From Macrostomum hystrix (lineage: Eukaryota; Animalia; Platyhelminthes): a stretch of 64,000 nt of DNA. Within the stretch, counting starts at the first letter, position 1. The number at the start of each line of letters is the position of its first letter. The stretch spans positions 2,046,001 through 2,110,000 of the forward strand of contig CATNEN010000029.1 in NCBI GenBank assembly GCA_950097015.1, read 5' to 3'. Shown here piece by piece: positions 58,101 through 64,000 of the stretch. The translations under genes were made by a program, and so were the position numbers. The notes beneath the pieces were generated by a model. It did not search any database. It had not been told where the DNA came from and saw only the letters and a program-made list of their open reading frames with translations.

Positions 58101-61100
58101 CGCAGCCTGGAATTCAGCGGCTCACCGGACATGCCGGACCCGCCATTCTCCGTTACTGTCTTTTCTAGCTTCTTCATTGACGCCAACGTAACCATCAGGA
58201 CCGTGGTGCCGCTTGTCAGGGCCACAAAGACAACAGAAATCACCGTGTTGGTGAGCCTCAATAACAATAATAACTCATTACACCTGCCACAATCGGGGCA
58301 GATGAGCAGTCGATAGCACAGCCGCAGCTATTGCGGTCACACCCACCATCAATTACCCCAGCTATTAGCTGAGTGTCTTGCTTGAGGGCACAATTTTTTC
58401 CACTGGAGTCGGGAATCGAACCCCCGACCTTCAAGTCTAGAGCCCAAAGCTCAAACCACTTGACAACATCGCTCTCTAAAAGCCTTAAGAATCAGCATGA
58501 GTCTCAGTGCAGAGTCTAGCAATCCACTTCCTGAATCACCCAGGCCCTCCGACCGATGTGCTCAGCGCCGGCCGTATACTGCAACCGCGCCAACGCCTGC
58601 TCGCAAAACTGCTCGGCGCTGTCCGGCGGCCGCGGCACCGCCTGCGGTTCTCTGAGCAGCGCTGCCTGGTCAAGCGGCCGCCGAATCTGCCGCTCCGGGG
58701 TCCAGCAGCAGCCAGCGCTATTCTCCGGCTCGTACTACATCAGTCAGAGCGTCGTTGTCAATGTCAGCATTTCAGCTGGCGCCTTTCAAAGCGTTCGTCT
58801 GCCAGCTGACGGGCTCAGCCTGCAGCCGGGTGATCTGATCGGCCTCTTAGATCCGCAGTCGGTGGTGATGTGCGAGAACTACACGGAAAACGCCACCGCG
58901 CACTTGGACAAGGAGTTCCTGCTGTCCTGGAACACCAGCTTCGTCGGCAGGATACTAAACGGCTTGCCGGTACTCAGTGTCAACCTGTCGGATCTCAGCA
59001 CCACCAGAACATTCAGGCCCAGCGTCAAGGCGATGCAGTTCTTCGGCAATCGTCAGCTGTCGATGCTAGGCACGCATCGCTACACCAATGTTGGTTGCAA
59101 TTGGACTACAAACTATTGCAACGACGAATACCCGTACAACATCACGGCGTCCATTGTGTCGGGCGTTGATGGCCAAATGGTGGTGTCCAGGCTGCCGCTC
59201 GTTGTGCAGATTCCGCTGATCAACGTCACATTTTCGGCGCCAGATTATTGTAAGATTTTTCTTGTGTTCAGATGTAAAATGTGTCAGATTGGGGATGACC
59301 TGTGTCAGATGGGGATGACCTGTGTCAGATGGGATGACCTTTGTCAGATAGGGATGACCTTTGTCAGATGGGATGACCTGTGTCAGATGGGATGACCTTT
59401 GTCAGATAGGGATGACCTTTGTCAGATGGGATGACCTGTGTCAGATGGGATGACCTTTGTCAGATAGGGATGACCTGTGTCAGATGGGATGACCTGTGTC
59501 AGATGGGATGACCTTTGTCAGATAGGTATGACCTTTGTCAGATGGGGATGACCTGTGTCAGATTGGGGATGACCTGTGTCAGATGGGATGACCTGTGTCA
59601 GATGGGGATTGCCTGTGTCAGATGGGGATGACCTGTGTCAGATGGGGATGACCTGTGTCAGATAACCATTTGATAAAAGTCTCTGAACGAAAATTAAAAA
59701 TTATCAATCGTCAATGCAGACGCGAGCAACGCAAAGGTGCCCTACCAGATTGGTAGTCACAGCGGCAGTAAGCCTGTGTACTCCTGGTCAGTGAATGCCT
59801 CACTAGCTGACTTTAATAACAGCATGCTGAACAGCACTGGCTACAACTTCCCGGCTGACGGATTCTACAATGTCTGTCTGACTACGACAAACAAAGTTTC
59901 GAGCTTCTTTGTCTGCGTGAGTCCGTCTGCTTTATCAGTTGAAAGACCTAGTAGTAGAAGTATTTCGAATACTCACTGCCTACTTCACTGTCTGCTCCCA
60001 AACCGAATAACCGATTTTCGTGAAAGTCCACTAAATGGATAAATCATTTTCACTCTTAACGACAAACCAACTTTCAAAGCTGTCCGACGTATTGTATAAA
60101 CCCATGCGGCGAATCATTTTTGGTTTTAAAAATGAATAAATTAACAATTTAATCAATATTTTGAATCTTTTGGGAGAAAAAGAAAAATGTGGGTATTTGT
60201 AATACCCACATGGTCTTTCTATTGTTAATTCACTAATTAATTCGCTTTTGACCAAGCCGGATAATTGAGATCGAAGCCTCAAACGCACGCCTTTCCTGCA
60301 GCGTACAGTCATCATCCAGCACTCCCTGAAAAATGACACCGTCTTCATCATCCCGGAACTACCACTGTCCACCACGCCTACTAGCCAGGCGCTCTCAACA
60401 ATGTACTTCACCTGGAATGCCACCAACTCGGACGTACCAACAAACGTCAGCGCCGTTATTGAACCCGCCGACGGCGGCGCCCCGGTCCAGATCATTGTGG
60501 ACTGGAGCGTCTCGCGTCGCGTTGTGGAGTACAAGCGCAACTATTCCAGGGGAAGCTATGCCAGAGGTGTGCGAATGTTCAACCAAGTCAGCCAGCTGCA
60601 GAGCAACAATACTCTGGTAGTCCAGGAGACCATCATGGGCCCCGTACTCACAGCATCGGCTTATACTCTGTATCCAGGACAGACCGTTACCTACATCCTA
60701 ACGCTCGCCTGGGGCTCCGACTATACCGCCACGATCAGCTTCGGTGACGGCCGCAACCAGACAGTCACCGTGAATGATAACAATCACACGGCTACGTTCG
60801 TGTACACCTATGCCGCCATCGGAAATTACTCTGCGTCCTGTCGGGTTGTCAACCTCATCAGCCAGGCGTTCGTTTCGCTCGATCGCATCTCCGTCGAGGT
60901 CATGTTTGTGCCCCGCGGCTTCGCCCTGATGGCCCCCGTCATCAGCCTGTTGCGTAGGCCGGAGAACACAACGAACACCGTACTGCAGTTGTGCCGCAAT
61001 GCCACTATCGGCGCCTCGGAGCCGCTCTATGCGGTTTTCTACGACATCGACCTGGGCGACGGGAGTCTGGTCGTCTCCACTGGCAACGCTCTGTTGAACT

Positions 61101-64000
61101 GTGACACTTCCAATAGCGCTAACAACAATGCCTGCTCGGGACAGTTTGGCTCGGGCTTCGCCCACTGCCAGTTTACACCAACCCTGCAGTACCGCTTCCC
61201 TGGTAACGCAAGCTCTTTTATGTGTTCCTTATCAGAAAATCTAAAAAAATAAATAAATAAGAAGAATATAAAAGTTCAGACCTGACACTCACCTATTAGA
61301 CTGCAGACACTCACCTGATAGACCAGACACTCACCAAATTGACCAGACACTCACCTGTTACACCAGACACTCACCTGATACACCAGACACTCACCTGATA
61401 CACCAGACTCTCACATGATAGACCAGACACTCACCTGATACACCAGACACTCACCTGATACACCAGACACTCACCTGATACACCAGGCACCCACCTGATA
61501 GACCAGACACTCACATGATAGACAAGACACTCACATGATAGACAAGACACTCACCTGATAGACCAGACACTCACCTGATAGACCAGACACTCACCTGATA
61601 GACCAGACACTCACCTGATAGACCAGACACTCACCTGTTACACCAGACACTCACCTGATACACCAGACACTCACCTGATACACCAGACACTCACCTGATA
61701 CACCAGACACTCACCTGATACACCAGACTCTCACATGATAGACCAGACACTCACCTGATACACCAGACACTCACCTGATACACCAGACACTCACCTGATA
61801 CACCAGGCACCCACCTGATAGACCAGACACTCACATGATAGACAAGACACTCACATGATAGACAAGACACTCACCTGATACACCAGACACTCACCTGATA
61901 CACCAGACACCCACCTGATAGACCAGACACTCACATGATAGACCAGACACTCACCTAATACACCAGACACTCACCTGATAGACAAGACACTCACCTGATA
62001 CACCTGACACCCACCTGATAGACCAGACACTCACATGATAGACAAGACACTCACCTGATAGACCAGACACCCACCTGATAGACCAGACACTCACATGTTA
62101 GACAAGACACTCACCTGATACACCAGACACTCACATGCTTCTCACGAATTCGCGCAGGCAACTTTACGGCCACAGTCCGGTTGTACAACAGAGCGGGCTC
62201 CCAGACCATCTTGTGGTCGCAGCTCATCTATTCCCAAATCGTGAACCTGAACCGCGAGATCACACTCTACCCGGGTGTTTACACTGGCAACGCCCCTGTG
62301 CAGGCCATGAGCTTGACCTACGCCTATCCCATCGAGTATCCGCTGAAGTTTATCGCTGTCACTCAGTTCGGCCAGCTGTCACCGCTACTGTACAACTGGG
62401 ACTTCGGCGACGGTGGCACATCCGTCACCACAGTGAACTGGATCGAGCGCAAGTTCGACAAGCCGCTGCGATTCACTGTCCGTGTGAATGTGACCAACCC
62501 GCTGGTGTGGCAGGCTGATGCCTACAACATTGAGCTTAAACGGAGCGCTATTGGCGTGAGCGTCGGTGCCAAGGTGGCCACGCCTATGAACTATCCCTAC
62601 GAGGTGACCGTAGACTTTGGTGCCTTCCCAACCAACACCTGCTTCATCATCGACTTCAGCAACTTCGGCACCCGGGTGTCTAAGAATGGCAGCATGCACA
62701 TGTTCGGCTTTGAGTCATTCTGCAACTCCGATCCGTACTTCTCGTCAAGGAAGGCGGCCAGCTACTGGGATACCCACCTGACCGACTTCTACCTGAGTGG
62801 CTACCAGGCCTCACTGACTGGCAAGCCGTTTAGCAAGACCAACATCTACAAGAACTTCGAATACTACGGCGCGGCCACAGTCAGCATGCGAGCAGCCAAT
62901 AGTTTCTCTAGCCAGGACTTTTTCTGGACAATGACCGTATCCAAGGGGTTCTGCTCGGTGCCAGTGCCTAACCTTGCTCCCAGGATGACTGTCACCCAGT
63001 TCTCGCGCAACCAGGATGTGGAAATTGGCGGCGACATGAAAATCTCCTGCTACAACATCAGCACGCATGTCAAGTGGACTATCGAAGAGATGAACAACGG
63101 CACCGGCCTGTGGACTAACTATCAAAGTAATGTGGTGCTGTAAGACGCTACACTCCGACAACCCAGCCAACCAGACAGCCCAGCCAATCCAGAAACCCCA
63201 CCAATCCGCCAACCCCAACCCATCCGCCAACCCCAACCAATCCAGCAATTCCAGCCAATCCGCCACCCCAGCCAATCCACCAAACCCAGCCAATCCGCCA
63301 ACACCAACGAATCCGCCAACCCCAATCAAGCTAAACCCAGCCTATCAAGTCACAGCACAACGTCACAACACCTCCCGAATTTTTCTCCCTCAGCCCAACT
63401 GCAAGCATTCTACACGAAGCACAGGCCCACAGAGAACCTGACGAACCTGTTGGAGGGCGACTGGTCTGGCGCGACGAATCTCCACCTGCGCCGCCTGACC
63501 CTGCCAGCTTACTCGCTGCACTACCTGAAGGCCTACCGGGTCTGCGCGATCGTGGTTATGAACGACGAAATTACAATCAACGCTTCAGAGTGCGTCACAT
63601 TCTACGTGTACAAAGCGGCACTGGAGCCCTGCTTTCGCATGCACTACAGCAAGAACAACATGACCTGGATAGCCGTGGAGAACCCAGCCCAGGCGCCCTA
63701 CGGCTCAGTGCTGCGGCTCGACCCGTCATGCAGTGTTAATCCGAACAAGTTCGAAGCTGATGGCGAGAGGCCCTGCTGGTCATTCGACACCTACTGCAGG
63801 CACGACTGCGAGCAGATCGCGTTCGGAGCCAATTACTCCTACAATGCCAGCGGACAGCAGCTCGGCTGCAGGAAGCCGCGCGTCTCAGGTGGCTTTGTCA
63901 ATGAGAACACCTGCTTTATTGCGCAGTCCCTGGTCACCTGGCACTACCTGAAGCCAGTCAGCTTGGCCGACTGGTCCGCCATCAACGTCACTAGCTCCAG
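52117..64000 (+). CDS. PKD1: Polycystin-1-like receptor (signal peptide, WSC, PKD-type Ig repeats, LDL-A-like Cys cluster, start of REJ), 3'-incomplete, ~1473 aa in window; join(52117..52201,53833..53986,54706..54890,54960..55151,55227..55478,58078..58250,58544..59249,59720..59916,60302..61202,62158..63126,63394..>64000)
   Basis: Signal peptide MAAAALLTMPLLSLVASIAAA; WSC-like CLLVCATQ..SFAAFGYNTCFCGN; PKD cores FNFGDGS, ISFGDG, IDLGDG, YNWDFGDG and VTVDFG. CSAPAVYCNRANAC and LQPGDLIGL resemble the PKD1 segments CMPGGRWCPGANIC and MLPGDLVGL. REJ-like motifs are CSVPVP..FSRNQ, LTLPAYSL and VLRLDPSCSVNPN. All ten introns are GT-AG with consistent phases. The gene symbol denotes family, not proven orthology. 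Confidence 0.88.
53275..53606 (-). mobile_element. SINE family 2 copy in polycystin intron 1
   Basis: Shares CATCTTCAGGCAGTGTACACTTTCACT, GGCTGCGCCCCAAATGAATGTGGCCTC, GGAATCGAAC (B box) and ACCGCTATGCCACTCACCC (A box) with the other copies. Confidence 0.88.
54014..54120 (+). mobile_element. Truncated SINE family 2 fragment (head fused to internal segment) in polycystin intron 2
   Basis: GGGGTGAAGTGGCCGAGCGGT followed by TATCTGTGTGCGTGTGTGCTCAGGA...GGAGTCAGC..GGGCAGAATTGCCTCCT, matching ~35728-35780. Confidence 0.75.
54240..54548. repeat. 18-bp minisatellite (GATCATTGTCAACTGGGG)n in polycystin intron 2
   Basis: About 17 units. Confidence 0.95.
55492..57866. repeat. 43-bp minisatellite (AGCCAGTGTAGCGTTGGCTAGAGAAATAATCGATAATTGGGGT)n in polycystin intron 5, ~55 copies
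   Basis: Period 43 (TAATCGA at 55561 and 55604); it begins ~13 nt after the splice donor. Confidence 0.97.
58258..58470 (-). mobile_element. Internally deleted SINE family 1 copy in polycystin intron 6
   Basis: TTACACCTGCC.CAATCGGG.CAGATG, GCACAGCCGCAGCTATTGCG, GTGTCTTGC and GGGAATCGAACCCCCGACCTTCAAGTC are near-identical to 12075-12386. Confidence 0.88.
59281..59663. repeat. 19/20-bp minisatellite (TGTCAGATGGG[G]ATGACCT[G/T])n in polycystin intron 7
   Basis: Read directly. Confidence 0.93.
61277..62134. repeat. 20-bp minisatellite (CACCTGATACACCAGACACT)n in polycystin intron 9
   Basis: About 43 units; an internal block duplication is visible (the CCAGGCACCC variant at ~61483 and 61803). 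Confidence 0.95.
63160..63340. repeat. Degenerate CCAGCCAATCC/CCGCCAACCCC low-complexity repeat in polycystin intron 10
   Basis: Read directly. Confidence 0.75.

Noticed and set aside
4061-64000. Functional clustering of TAO, AMPK beta, neuropeptide, CPEB, SAM50 and polycystin
   Set aside because: The genes have mixed orientations, multi-kb repeat-filled spacers and unrelated pathways; nothing in the sequence supports co-regulation.

Overview
Eukaryotic (metazoan) genomic DNA with spliceosomal GT-AG introns, GC-rich exons carrying poly-Ala/Gln tracts, and very abundant minisatellites. The style is consistent with a free-living flatworm such as Macrostomum, but that is an inference only. Gene models were built by hand with consistent intron phases. 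In order: a decayed hAT transposase (1-813, +); TAO kinase (8 exons, 4061-12872, +); AMPK beta subunit (4 exons, 19148-20859, +); an orphan 105-aa coiled-coil/two-TM ORF (23060-23377, +); a 97-aa secreted neuropeptide-prohormone-like ORF (27969-28262, -); a 90-aa ORF ending in a CaaX box (33438-33710, +); CPEB1-class RNA-binding protein (2 exons, 38921-41533, -); SAM50 (4 exons, 45885-49237, +); and the 5' part of a polycystin-1-like gene (11 exons, 52117 to beyond the window end, +). Non-coding DNA is dominated by intron-specific minisatellites, two ~3.7-kb satellite arrays with higher-order structure, one fold-back array, and at least two tRNA-derived SINE families, one with a MIR-type CORE domain. 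Most long ORFs in the supplied track are artefacts of these repeats. Best leads: the neuropeptide precursor, the CaaX micro-protein, the CORE-SINE, a satellite fragment flanked by a 20-bp direct repeat inside the CPEB intron, and the compact polycystin-1 architecture. No rRNA, functional tRNA or CRISPR array is supported.
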